Below, piece by piece: positions 1 to 11,177 of a stretch of DNA of 64,000 nt. The notes under the pieces were generated by a model that saw only the letters and a program-made list of their open reading frames with translations, searched no databases and was not told where the DNA came from. Position numbers and translations under genes: made by a program. The stretch comes from Psammoneis japonica (lineage: Eukaryota): positions 310,001-374,000 of the forward strand of contig QPGO01000057.1 in the NCBI GenBank assembly GCA_008632985.1, written 5' to 3'. How positions within the stretch are numbered: position 1 is the first letter of the stretch; every line of letters begins with the position of its first letter.

Positions 1-604
1 CTCCCCGTGCCTTGATGTGGGTTGACAGTGCATTGCTGCAGCCCCTGACTCTGTGATTTGTGGTGCAGTTGTGCTGTGCCACAGAGTTCATTTTCCATGA
101 TTTTTGAATTGCCGCTTTGTTTTTTTTTCATGAGCACGTCCATTGCTGTTGGTTGTTGCATCCTCCACAAAGTTTCAGGGTTGCCACAACCAGCGAAATG
201 CCAACAATCCACATGCACCGGCTTTGGGGGGCAGCCGAACCCTTTTGACAGAGATTTTGGGTCTACAACATTGAATGGCACCCCCTTCCTTGGAGGCACC
301 ACTCTCAGTCTTGCTGGGGAGCAAACCCTCATGGCTCTCTGAGGCTGTCTTGATGTTCAGAGGTGGGGGGGCAGCCACAGGCATCCCAGGCCATGTGAAC
401 AACTTTGCAGAAAGACGTCACCTGGGCACAGCTGCAGCTGGCAACCCAGGCAGTTGCTCAAAATGTTCAGAGACAAGAGCAACCTTGTCTGCCATTTGTG
501 GCTGGACTTTTTGAAAAGTGGTGGACAGCAGATGCAAAAAACAAATGAACACTCTTCACCCTTGGACCACTCCACATGGCATTCAAGTTGAGCCGGCTGG
601 TGAG

Positions 605-845
605 GCATTGGCATCTGCTTGAGCTGCCCAGCAAGGTGTTGGCATCCACAAGGTGTTGGCATCTGCTTGAGCTGCCCAGCAAGGTGTTGGCATCCACTTG
701 TTGAGCCACCTTGCATGCCGCAGCATCTGCTTGAGCTGCCCCATTTGAAGTGGCATCACAACTCAAGCTGCCGCATGACATGGCATCAACTTGAGCCACC
801 CAAATGACATGGTGTCAACTTGAACTGCCCCGCATGACATGGCAT
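605..845 (+). repeat. Short tandem repeats (48-bp and ~30-bp units)
   Basis: tggcatctgcttgagctgcccagcaaggtgttggcatccac occurs twice (~609 and ~657), followed by diverged tggcatcaacttgagc-like units. Confidence 0.85.
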
Positions 846-1559
846 TTTCCTGCAGAGTCCATCCCAAAACAAGACCCGGCACAAATTAAGACCCGTCATG
901 GGTTGCAGCACAAAAAGTGTGCAGAATTTTCTTTTGGTCAAAAAATTCGAGAGGCATCGCGTTTGAAAGAGCGTGGCGAGAGCAGTTGATTGCTGCCCTT
1001 TTTACCCCCCAGAAAAATCTTGGCCCTTGCGTGGCGTGGTCTAATCTTCAGTGCTCAAATCACGTGCATTTCCACATGTGGGTCTTAAATCATGACCTCT
1101 GTGTCAGCCTCGGCTTGTCAGACATTTTGGTTCACATGCTGAAACTCATCAACCATTTAGATTTTCAAAAGTCAAGATTTTTTATGACAAGTTCAATGTG
1201 TTCTTTCACATTCAGGCGTGCAATTCCGAAATGCGCAAACATTGTGGCATCTGCATGGATGGAGATCTCAGGTGGGTCTTGATTTGTGATGAACTCTAGA
1301 AACATGGACAAAGATTAAAGGAAAACAAGATGTTGAGAAAACAAAAAATCACATTGAATCAACACAATCCATCAAATGCCGCAGAGTGATTCACCAACTG
1401 AGAATGTGAGATGAAATGACAGCACAATGATGGAAGCAGTTCTCATTCATTTTTGGACTTTGTCTCACCTCTCTTTTCACAGATGCACTCATCAGAGCAA
1501 AATGAATCATGCCATGCAATGGCGTTGTTGTGGGAAAAGTGTTTGGTGGCAAAATCTGG

Positions 1560-1860
1560 CAACGGTTGATGACACTGTCATGGTGGTTTTGGTGGTGGTT
1601 GGCGGTTGGGGGAGAGGGAAATCTGACCTGACCGGCTGTCGTGACATCACATGATGTGGTCCATCCGTGGTGTGCCAGAATCTGACATTGTGGTGGTGAC
1701 ATCATCAGTCACATGGGAACAGTGTGAAACATCATGATGTGCAGCACTGCATGAGCACACAGGGGGGAATCTGACCTTGCATTCTTGTGATGTTGCATGA
1801 CATTTCACCGCTGTGAGCCAGAATCTGATGTTGCGGCCATGACATCACAGCATGCATCAA
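1560..1860 (+). repeat. Diverged ~145-bp tandem repeat
   Basis: aatctgacc at ~1620 and ~1768; gccagaatctga at ~1674 and ~1818. Confidence 0.7.
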
Positions 1861-3619
1861 CACGGGGGAAGTTTCATTGAGGGTGTGCTCATTGAAATGT
1901 CTGGACAGGAACACAACAAAACGTTGCCGTCATTTAAAAAAATGTCTGGTGTGATGTTGCCAAGCAGAGGGACATCAACACAAGGGATTTTTTGGGGGAG
2001 AAGTCACTTGACATGGTGAACCCCTGACATGCAAACCCAACACAAGGGACTCCCTTGAGATCAAGTCCCTTGAAATGGAAAAAACACCCTCAAGCTTTGC
2101 AGTGTCCAGTGAAACCCATGTTTCCTGTGTGGCTTCTCATTTGCTGTCATTTTGTTTGCCACTGGCACCCTGATCTCAAGCCACAGGACACATTTTGCTG
2201 TCTCCATTTGTTGGTGCCCAAGGGTGACAAAGGCTGTTGCCACAGCTTCCCTCTTGTTGCACCTCCACAAACAATGACAAAAACAGTGTGGGAAGGGCTC
2301 AAGCGTTCACAGCACATGTGTGTGTCATGTTTGGCACAGTCAACTGAGGCAGAGAACAAATGCCAGGATGGCACAAAATGAAGCTTGCCATGCAAAGCAC
2401 CCTGACATGGGGGCATTGGGACATGCCTGCGAAACAAGCAAGTTGGCAATCAGAAAGATGTTGCCCACCAGCTTGGCCAGGGATGGCAACAGGTTTTGTT
2501 TGTGCAAGCAGGGCCAGAGTTGCTCAGCTTCTTTGTGGTCTGGAGTGCATTTTGTGCAGTGGGTGCAAAGGCAGGTGTGCACTCTTGTTGCAGCTGCAAG
2601 CACAATGATGTGACACCAAATGCATGCCGCCAGGCTGAGCAGTCTGGCTCAGTGTGCACCAAACTGCCCCAGGCCAGCTGCCAGCTCTGGGTGCTCTCAG
2701 CATGGTGGTGTTCACTTGTCCAAGCTGCACCACATTGGCTTGGAAAGGCTGCACTTGGGGTGGGCAAAGGAGAAAAGAAAACTTTTCAGCTCAGCTGCTT
2801 GCTTTGGAGTTTGCATTGTGAACAAGAAGCTCTTGAGAAAGAACAAGAAGTGGTGGGGTGCTGATGTCACCAGCATTTCTGGTCATGTCCTCTGCACACT
2901 CAACCACTCCTGGCAGGCACAATGTCACTCAGAGCTGCCTTGCTCTTTGAGCTAGAGCTTGTGCTGTTTGAGCTGGGCTGGTGTCATGGGCATTTGCACA
3001 ACCCTCATGGGCATTTGCACAACACACACAAAAAATGATGGTGAAACACTGTTGATTTTGCCGCCACACTTTCCTTTGTTTGGCACTTGGCTGTTGATGA
3101 CACAACAAGATGCCACTGACCCACTGTGTGCCACACAGCAGGCTGGTGGTGTTTTGGCACATTGGCAAAAGTGTGTGAAACCAACCAAGTGCCTTTGGTT
3201 GAGATGAGCAGACTCCCTGTCAAGAGATGCACATGGCAGAACAGATGCACAGGCCCACGCAGTGCCCCAGACCTGACATTTGTGCACAACACAGTCGACT
3301 GGGCCCAAGCAGCACAAAGAGATCAATGCAGGTGAAAATGAACCAGTTGCTCAGGACTTGAACCCACAGACACTTGGCTTCACTTTTTTGATGTTGCGCC
3401 AAGATGCCGTTGGCCTGCTGTGTGCACACATGGCAGGCCAGTGGCACCTCAGTGTAGTGTCGCCAGGTTTTCAGAGTCTGCTCACATTGCCAATTGCCAG
3501 GGCTGCTCCAAACATTCTGAAAAATGCCTCCTCTCCCACTGGCCAGGCCTGCCTGCACTGTTTCTGAATGTTTGAGCTCATCCCACATGTGGAACTTGCT
3601 GTCCTTTTGCACACCCAGT

Positions 3620-4290
3620 GCCCAAATTGATGAAAATGTTGCTGAGAGGAGAAGAGACAAGGCTGCCAAGATTGAGTGCCATGATCCATGATGCCCAAAA
3701 AGATGGCTCACCCCTCCTTCCTTCAAAATCTTTCTGTGCACCACCAAGCACTCAACTCAATGAAGATGTTTTTAGAGAGGAAAAGAGACAAGGCTGTCAA
3801 GACTCAATGCTGCAACAACACCCACTTTGGCATCATTGGTCTTCTTGCCACTCCAGAGATCTTGTGCACCCCAGACAATGCAAGTTCAGTTTGCATCTCT
3901 TTCAATTTTCATTTGAGATTTTTTGCACTGACACTTCCTTTCAACTTCATCCCCACAGCTGGAGCTTGTGAGGACTTTGCTGCAATGTTCCTTGAACATT
4001 TTTCCACACACTCAGCACTCAACTTGACAAAGATGTTGCTGAGAAGAGAAGAAGAGACAAGGCAGCCAAGACTGAGTGCAAGCATGAGACCCAAATGTGG
4101 CTTGTCCCTCCTCTTGCTCCATTTTGGTGTCCACAGTCTTCTTGCCTCTGAGCGAATCTTGTTTTGTGATGTTGCAATTGGCCCTTGCACCTCCAACAGT
4201 GCAAGAAGCCCATTTTGCATCTCTTTCAACTCTTGTTCAAGATTTGTTGCTGACAGCTCTTTCAGCCTCATTCTCACAATGCAGAAATGA
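3620..4290 (+). repeat. Diverged tandem repeat (three copies of a ~55-bp core within longer units)
   Basis: aagagacaaggc(t/a)g(c/t)caaga core in units beginning ~3627, ~3757 and ~4024; ttgcatctctttcaa at ~3891 and ~4216. Confidence 0.75.
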
Positions 4291-5014
4291 AGCCATTGGC
4301 ACTTTGCAACTTCTTTAAAAGATGCTGTCAAAAACAAAGAAAACATTTTTTGAGTGCTTTGGCCAGAGACCCATGAAGAAGACTGCTGGAATTGGCACAA
4401 CTTCTTCCATCTTCCAAGCCTGCTTCTGGCACCAAGCCATCTTCTTCTGGCACTTCTTTGACTTGTGCTGCAGCAGCATCTCTACTCACATCTCTCCAAG
4501 TCCACATTCAATGAATTGCAGCCATTTAAAAATGCAAAGACTGCACCTTGGGAAGGTTCTCCACAATCAATGCATGGGCTGTGTCTCAGCTGAAAATGGG
4601 CAGAGCATGCAATGCAGTGATTGCAACCACACCCAGTCTTTCTGGCCATCAAGAAAAGCTGTGGGTTGACAGATGCCAAGGCTGTCATTCTTGCTTCTGT
4701 TGTTTGTGGGACAGTGCATTCTGAAGTCATTCAAGCTGCACATGAGCAACACTTGGCTCAAGTTGAGTCAAGCAATGTGATGTGCTTCCAGAGGAACAGC
4801 AAAGTCTCTGTGTGATTCTCCATGTTGGAAAGCAAAGAGACCTGCCTCATCTGCATGTGCACCTGGAAAGTGCTGCTTTTGCCAAACAACAGTTGCTCAA
4901 ACACTCTGAGAGACCATTGGTCACCCAGCCAGATGTCAGACATGCAAAAAGCAGAAAAAGCAGGCTGCTGATTTCATCAACATCTGTTCCAGAGTTGTTG
5001 CAACTCTGCAGTTG

Positions 5015-5976
5015 GCACTGGTCCTCTCCAACAGCCTCCGTGGTTGCATTGCACAGTTCCTTGTTAAACAAACAAATTGCTGCACTGGGTGGTGCAAACA
5101 ACCACTTGGTGGCTTTGCCAAACTGTGAGGTGGAGGGAGCTGCATCAGACATTGTTGTGTGCTTTATGGGCTGTGCCGGTCAACACTGCATGGCAGCCTT
5201 GGTTCTTTTGTTGGTTGGCTGGCAGCCCAAATTGCTTGACACTGTTGCACTGGCTGAAAGCTGTGGAGATGCAACCTGGCACTGGTCCAGGGTGCACGGG
5301 AGTGGCCATTGATGAAGAAGCATCTCATCAAAAAACAATGTCGCACATTGAATCCATGGAAGAGGTTGGAGCCAAGCTGTTGTTGGACGGGCAAGGCTGG
5401 GGCACTGATGTCAAAGGTAGCATCTGGGTGGGTCCTGCCATTTTGCCACATTCAAATGAAAAAGACAAGACAATGTGCAAAGAAGTTTTTGGCCATGTGT
5501 GTCTGTCTGTTTGCAACGCATTCACGTGGGAAGAAGTGATTAAGATTAAGAAATTAAAACTCGTTTGGAAATGCAGCATCCATCTGCACAACCAACGGTG
5601 GCAAAATGCGGAATGGTTCACATCGAAATCCCGCGCTTCCATGCTTGTGGTGTCAACATTGGAATTCCAGTTCCTGGGTGTGCAACGCGGTGTGTGGTCC
5701 TGGACTGATTCTCGAAGCTTCCATCGAATGGCACCTGACTTTCCGCGTATCAACTCACGCTGCTTTTTCTCTTCTTACAGGGGGGCGTTCAGTTTTGGTG
5801 GGTTGTACGGGACAAAGTCAAAGTTTGGTGACACAGACATCGCAGGAGATGGCGCGCTTCAATTCTTCACGAGTCGTATCAAGGTGACGAGTCAGTGGCC
5901 AATTGAAAGGCCTGCTGCCGCTCTTGATCATAATGAAGCGGGTACAGATCATGCTAATTTCGCCGGAACCTTGTGG
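5015..5976 (+). pseudogene. ALDH6A1: Methylmalonate-semialdehyde dehydrogenase (ALDH6 family) pseudogene, 3' half
   Basis: Across shifting frames: ALGGANNHLVALP, GCAGQHCMA (GQRCMA catalytic motif), EVFGHV, NAASICTTNGG, VNIGIPVP, then an intron ~5678-5780, then FSFGGLYGTKSKFGDTDIAGDGALQFFT. Several frameshifts; 5' half unrecognisable. Confidence 0.85.
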
Positions 5977-6087
5977 GCCTTCCGCCAGTCCGAGAAGCTC
6001 AGGCTGTGTAGCTACACCGAAAAGTTGCTATCTAATCTAGTCATATCTAGAAGCATGCTTCCGAGTGTACCTTAACGAGAAAATCAT

Positions 6088-7215
6088 TCAATCGGCTGCT
6101 GGTTTTGAGACATTCACCGAGTCAATATTGTTTTCGTTGAATACCTCTTTGCCTTTATCAAGATACACCCACTTTGCGTTAGGCATATTTTCTCTGATCT
6201 GACTCGCAAATCTGCTCCTTGCGTAAACAAATGTATCGCAGCTTTGAACCAAGTGCATCGTAGCAAGAATGACAACTACTTCGTACTTGGGGTCATCAGA
6301 TGGGATTTGTGCTTCCCATCCGCCCTCGGCCCCCCTGTAACGGGGCCGATCCATGTACATCCAGTTTAACTGCGGAAACTCCTCCTCGGCCTCTTCGATT
6401 GCGTTCTGGTCGTCTGTGAGAAGAAAGATGTTCTTGGTGATATTTTCTCCTACAGCGTCAACATACTCTTTCACGGTGTGATACTTGCGACGCTTTCCTT
6501 TGTGTAGCACTACATCAGTTCGTCGCACGTGCATAACAGTGCATGGCTTCACGAGCTTCGTAGATTTCGAGAGTTTGTAGACCTCTCTTCTCAACCATGT
6601 CTGAGGCCTCGTTGCGTACTCATTCAGCCATCGACCCATTCGAGAGTGAATCGTTGCATCACCTATTGGTTTCAGCGTCTCAATATTATCGGGGTCGGCT
6701 TTGCACGACGTGAGATTCAAAAAGTAGCACGACATGTCCTTTCGAGGACAAACAGGGATACTTCCATCCTTTTTCGCTGCATAGTGCCATCGCCCCAGCC
6801 TCGGATGAACAGCTATGGGATGGTGATTTTCGTATCCAAATAAGAGGCCAATATTCACTAGAAGAAAGTCAGCGCCCCAGCCCGCCGACGTCATTTCAAT
6901 TGTCTTTGCGTTCGAGCAATTTCCATTGAATTGTGTGTCGTACAACTGACGAAAAAATGCTGCCTTCCTTCTGTCACCCATTGGCTTGAAACACTGATGC
7001 GTTTCGTTTTCTTTCACCACATGAAAGTCAGGGTGGTGTGTCCAAAATTCATCCGCATTCACCTTCCATTCAAAGCAAGTCTTCTTCTTCCCTTTGTCGA
7101 TTACTTGTTCCTCCCTGATCGAGAATACACTTGACCAATCGCTGTATAGCACTATCGCTGATAGTACAAAAATGATCAGCCAAAGAGAGGTAAATTTGTG
7201 ACTTAGCCACATCAT
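6088..7215 (-). CDS. Alpha-1,6-fucosyltransferase-like (GT23/FUT8-like) type II membrane glycosyltransferase
   Basis: 375-aa ORF with N-terminal TM helix, HVRRTD and IFLLTDD motifs. Confidence 0.75.
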   Translation of the reverse strand: MMWLSHKFTSLWLIIFVLSAIVLYSDWSSVFSIREEQVIDKGKKKTCFEWKVNADEFWTHHPDFHVVKENETHQCFKPMGDRRKAAFFRQLYDTQFNGNCSNAKTIEMTSAGWGADFLLVNIGLLFGYENHHPIAVHPRLGRWHYAAKKDGSIPVCPRKDMSCYFLNLTSCKADPDNIETLKPIGDATIHSRMGRWLNEYATRPQTWLRREVYKLSKSTKLVKPCTVMHVRRTDVVLHKGKRRKYHTVKEYVDAVGENITKNIFLLTDDQNAIEEAEEEFPQLNWMYMDRPRYRGAEGGWEAQIPSDDPKYEVVVILATMHLVQSCDTFVYARSRFASQIRENMPNAKWVYLDKGKEVFNENNIDSVNVSKPAAD

Positions 7216-7609
7216 GCCAAGCAGTAGTCGTTCCTATTTCCACCCGTGGTTTTGTGTCATCTGGACGGTGTTTTGTGTGCTTTCGGGGGAAAAAATGAGC
7301 GAAGATTAGCGCATCTTATGTACCGTACATGATTTTGATAGATAATTTTAATTCATATCGTAATTTACGTATACATAATTTAAAGGTATTAGTTCACAGA
7401 CAGTCATACTACTTTTCTGTATGAATACAGTGTACTGAACACTCACCGCTCACATTTTGTTCGAAAGTCGATTGCCCCACAACAGCATAATAGGGCTATG
7501 TTAAAATACATCGCTACTAGCTGCCAGAACTAGTTGACAACCCTCACGAGAGTATTTGGACTGATAAAGAGATGAGTTGTGTCAGTGAAAAAATTCACAG
7601 ATTGTCTGA

Positions 7610-8302
7610 TGTGGTGGAGTAATTCTCCATTGTTTGTTGTGTGCTGTACGGAGCGTTGAACGGATCAGTTTCAACGGCTCAACGGAGAAACAATTGAGTT
7701 GTCAACCCCCATTCAAATTACAGTCGAATTTCAAGGGGCTGCTCTCGCATCTACCGGTACCTTCATCTTGGGCCTCTTTCATGTTGTTTGTCACCCTTCA
7801 ATCTCAATTGTTGCAACTCATCATGTGTGCGGAGCTCTCACTGCCACAATCTCTATGGCAAACAAGGGGAAGACTGCTTGGTGGAAGAGTTGTCAGAAAG
7901 AGATGCCTTTCGCTTTTGTATTGAGCGTTGCAGGCGGCTCAATACTGTGGCAGACTCGAAAACAAACAGGCCTTATGGGCCTCTTGGGCTGAGTCGTTTG
8001 CCTTCGAACATTCGATTGAGAGGCAACATCACCTAGATGCTTCCGAACTTGTCAATAGCGATCCCAAACTGAGACGAGAATGCAGATTAATTGCTATGGA
8101 GGTTGAAAAATGCATGCAAAGCAAATACAGCCAGCATGGTACACAGCTGCTGGAGGAGAGAACGCTTCGAGAGATGGACGACGACAACACACCAGGACCA
8201 CAAACCTTGCACGACAAAGACATTATTCCTGTGCTTTACTGTGTTAATCATGATCACTATGCTCTGGATCGTCACTGTCGCTCACGCAATGCGTCCATCT
8301 AA
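7610..8302 (+). pseudogene. Possible disrupted small Cys-containing protein gene
   Basis: Protein-like text split over frames (HCHNLYGKQGEDCLVEELSE / KRCLSLLY* / QAAQYCG...ASWAESFAF...ECRLIAMEVEKCM). It abuts block B. Confidence 0.3.
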
Positions 8303-10930
8303 AATTTTGCAGGACCATTGGCACTTTGGCTTGCTGCACTTCGTCTTTGCCATCAGAGAATTCTCCAGATTTTAGTGTTCTTTCTGCACAGTCTTTTCCC
8401 GGTGGCAACAGACAATCCCATTTCCCATTTTCGCCATGACAGACGCAGGTCCATCCTTGGAATGAACATTGGGAAAGCTGCTACCTCTGCTGTTGCAATG
8501 AATTAGCTCCAATCATCAAGCTCAACTGGGCTCAAGAGAAAAAGTGTTCAATCTCCTGACTTGAACCCTGTGCTGAGTGGGACTCTGAAAAATGTCCATG
8601 GCAAAGGTGGAAATGTCAAGCCATCAATGAAGTGAGTTCAAGCAGATGGGAAAGGCATGTCATTGGAAGACACCAAAGAGTTGCTCCACATTTGCTGTGA
8701 ACTTGGCACTGGCCTTTTTGACCTTGGGACTGCCCCAATCTGTCGAGGATGTGGATGAGTTGATTCCTGGTTTCACACTTTTGGGAGTACATTTTAGTGC
8801 AGCGCCTCTTGCCATGGCATCCCAAAAAAATTAATTGTGTTGATTCTTCACTTGCCATTGAAAGCAACAATTGAAAAGACTGCAGCATCAGAGCCATCTT
8901 TGAATTTGTCAAAAAGCCAGTTGTTCTGTCTGTGATTTGTCCCTTGACATTTGCTCTGCACGACACCCACCAACAGCAGCCCTGTGCCCCCTGTTGGGGC
9001 TTTCTTGAGCCGCAAAATGTCAACCAGCTGGCAGAGCTTCAGAAACAGCTGCAAACTGGGAAGCTGAAATGTCATCCTCCACTCTTCTTGCCACTGCCAA
9101 GAGGACTCTTGTTGACTGCATTGCACCCAATGGAATGTGCGTGCTGTTGACAAGACATGCACATGATCAAAACCCTGAAAAGGGCAATTTGTCCATGGAT
9201 GCCAATGACAGAAATGGTTCTCTGGGCACTGCCAAGAACAGCAGCACTCATGGCAGTTGCTTCTGGAGATGGCAACCTCAATGTCTTGGACAATGCTGGC
9301 TGTGTGTCAATGTGGCACATCAACCCAGGCGGGAGTCTCTCCAGCCAGCTGCTGGCTGAAGAATCTTGTGTGAAATTTGCGCTGAAAGAGTCTGTCAATC
9401 CATGTGTCAGGGGGTTTTGGTGAACACTGGATGACTTGTCGTCCATTGGGTGCGTGAAATGCACTGGCAAAATCCCCAAATGCACTCATGAGCAGACTTT
9501 TTTTCAGCCAGCAGCTGGCTGGAAACTTCCCCAAAACCAGCACTGCCAAAATGCATGGACCACATCAATTGCTTTTCTCTTGTCACTTGCTGTCATTTGT
9601 GCTGAAAGAATCACACACAGAGAGCCTCATTGTTCAAGCCAAACAAGGTCCAGAGCTGGGACCCATTTGATTGTCAGGGTCAGCTTTGCCAGACAAGGTG
9701 GGCTCAGCACAAGATGCAATTGTTGTCATGCCTGTGAAATGGCACATGGCATCAAATGTGTGTGCCTTTGCCATTGCAAATGTCATCACTGAATGTGTCA
9801 TGGATGACAGCCCACAGTTTTTTTAAAATCCAAGCCGTCTCATGTCCTGGTGGTGGCTTTGCTTGTTGCTTCTGTTTTGCCAATCATTTCCTGATCACCG
9901 CAAGGCATTCAAACGCCATTTCACAAGCGATTGAAAGTCATCAAGTGGCGCGCATGAAAAAACTGTTGAAGTTGGCCATGGTGTGACTTGCTTCTCTCTG
10001 TGACAGCAATGTGGAGGATCACAACTTGGTTGCCTTGCCATCCAAATTGCCCTCAGTTGCTTTTTTGTCCCAGTGTCATTGTCGTCGGGTTCCAGCAGTG
10101 AGGGACCTGCGAGGTGATCATGGGACATTCCTTTGCATCATGCACTCGCCAAATTTCTGTGAGCTGGCACTCCCATCTTGCAGACATGCATTGGAGACCA
10201 GGCATCATTTCCAATTCATGTCCCTGACAGCATGTGAAGTGACAAGGAACTCTCAGTTGCTGCGGTGAAGGTGTTTTCTGAAGTCTTGCTCAAGGAAGCT
10301 GGCACCTGAGCTCTCTTTGGATGACAAAGACTCACTGTTGTCTTTGCCACAAATCTGCAACATGTGCAGACTTTGTTTGTTGGGTCATGAACATCATTTT
10401 TGAAGCAGTTTGTTTTCCGGCAAGCAAGTTTGCACCAACAAAGACTTGATGACAGCTTTGAACAGAAAGCGCTGGCCTCACCTGTGTCCGCGCGTCCTTC
10501 CAAGATAATGCTAAAGTCAATCAAGCTGCGTGTGAACAACACTTAAGGCGCTTTGGGTTGAGTAATGTCACACGCTTCCAGAGGAGTGGCAGAGTCCCAC
10601 AGTAAATGTCCATGTTGAACAGCAAGGAGATTGCTTGCCTGTGCGTGCGCCTGAGAGGGGCTGCTTTCGCTGAGCGACCACTTGATGAACCCATGAGTCC
10701 GTTGGTGACCCGAATAGACATTAGACATGTAGAAATAGGCTGCAGACTTCATCCACATCTATTCCAGAGTTATTTTATCTGTATATATATACGATCGGCA
10801 TTGATTTTGGGTGTGCAACAGCATTGTCCGTGCAGCCTTCAGCGCGCAGTCTGAGCCGGTGGTCGAAATGCTTGCTTGCACGCGGTCGCTTCATGCCAAT
10901 CAACGCAGAGAGCCTTTGCAACTTGGAACT
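8300..10930. mobile_element. Block B: degenerate TpA/CpG-depleted DNA
   Basis: Only a handful of TA in 8500-10500, mostly tttaaa/ttaat/ttag. Spurious Tyr-free ORFs in all frames. Confidence 0.7.
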
Positions 10931-11177
10931 ACAAGCATTAACGGCAAAATGCCACTTCTTTCTACTCTGCGTTCTCTAAGGCTACTGAACCGCAACCACT
11001 CTGATCCTGCCAGAGGATTCTACTGACGAGTCGCCGGTCCATATCGACAAACATTCTAATAATCTCCAGTGTTATGACTCTCTACCTGAGTGAAAGTATC
11101 CACCGAGCCAGCTTTGCATGACTATGCCATTCTTTGGACGACCTTGCGATCTCCGGTCAAACTGATCTCCGGCCACT

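Larger units (their letters stand above)
1..5700. mobile_element. Block A: degenerate repeat/TE-derived DNA, TpA- and CpG-depleted
   Basis: No TA between 1937 and 2952 and only 3 CG there (by eye). Nested tandem repeats. Overlapping ORFs are Cys/His/Gln-rich and Tyr-free. TE origin is inferred. Confidence 0.7.

Noticed and set aside
605..845. CRISPR-like array
   Set aside because: Units are contiguous degenerate tandem repeats without unique spacers, in eukaryotic context with no cas genes.
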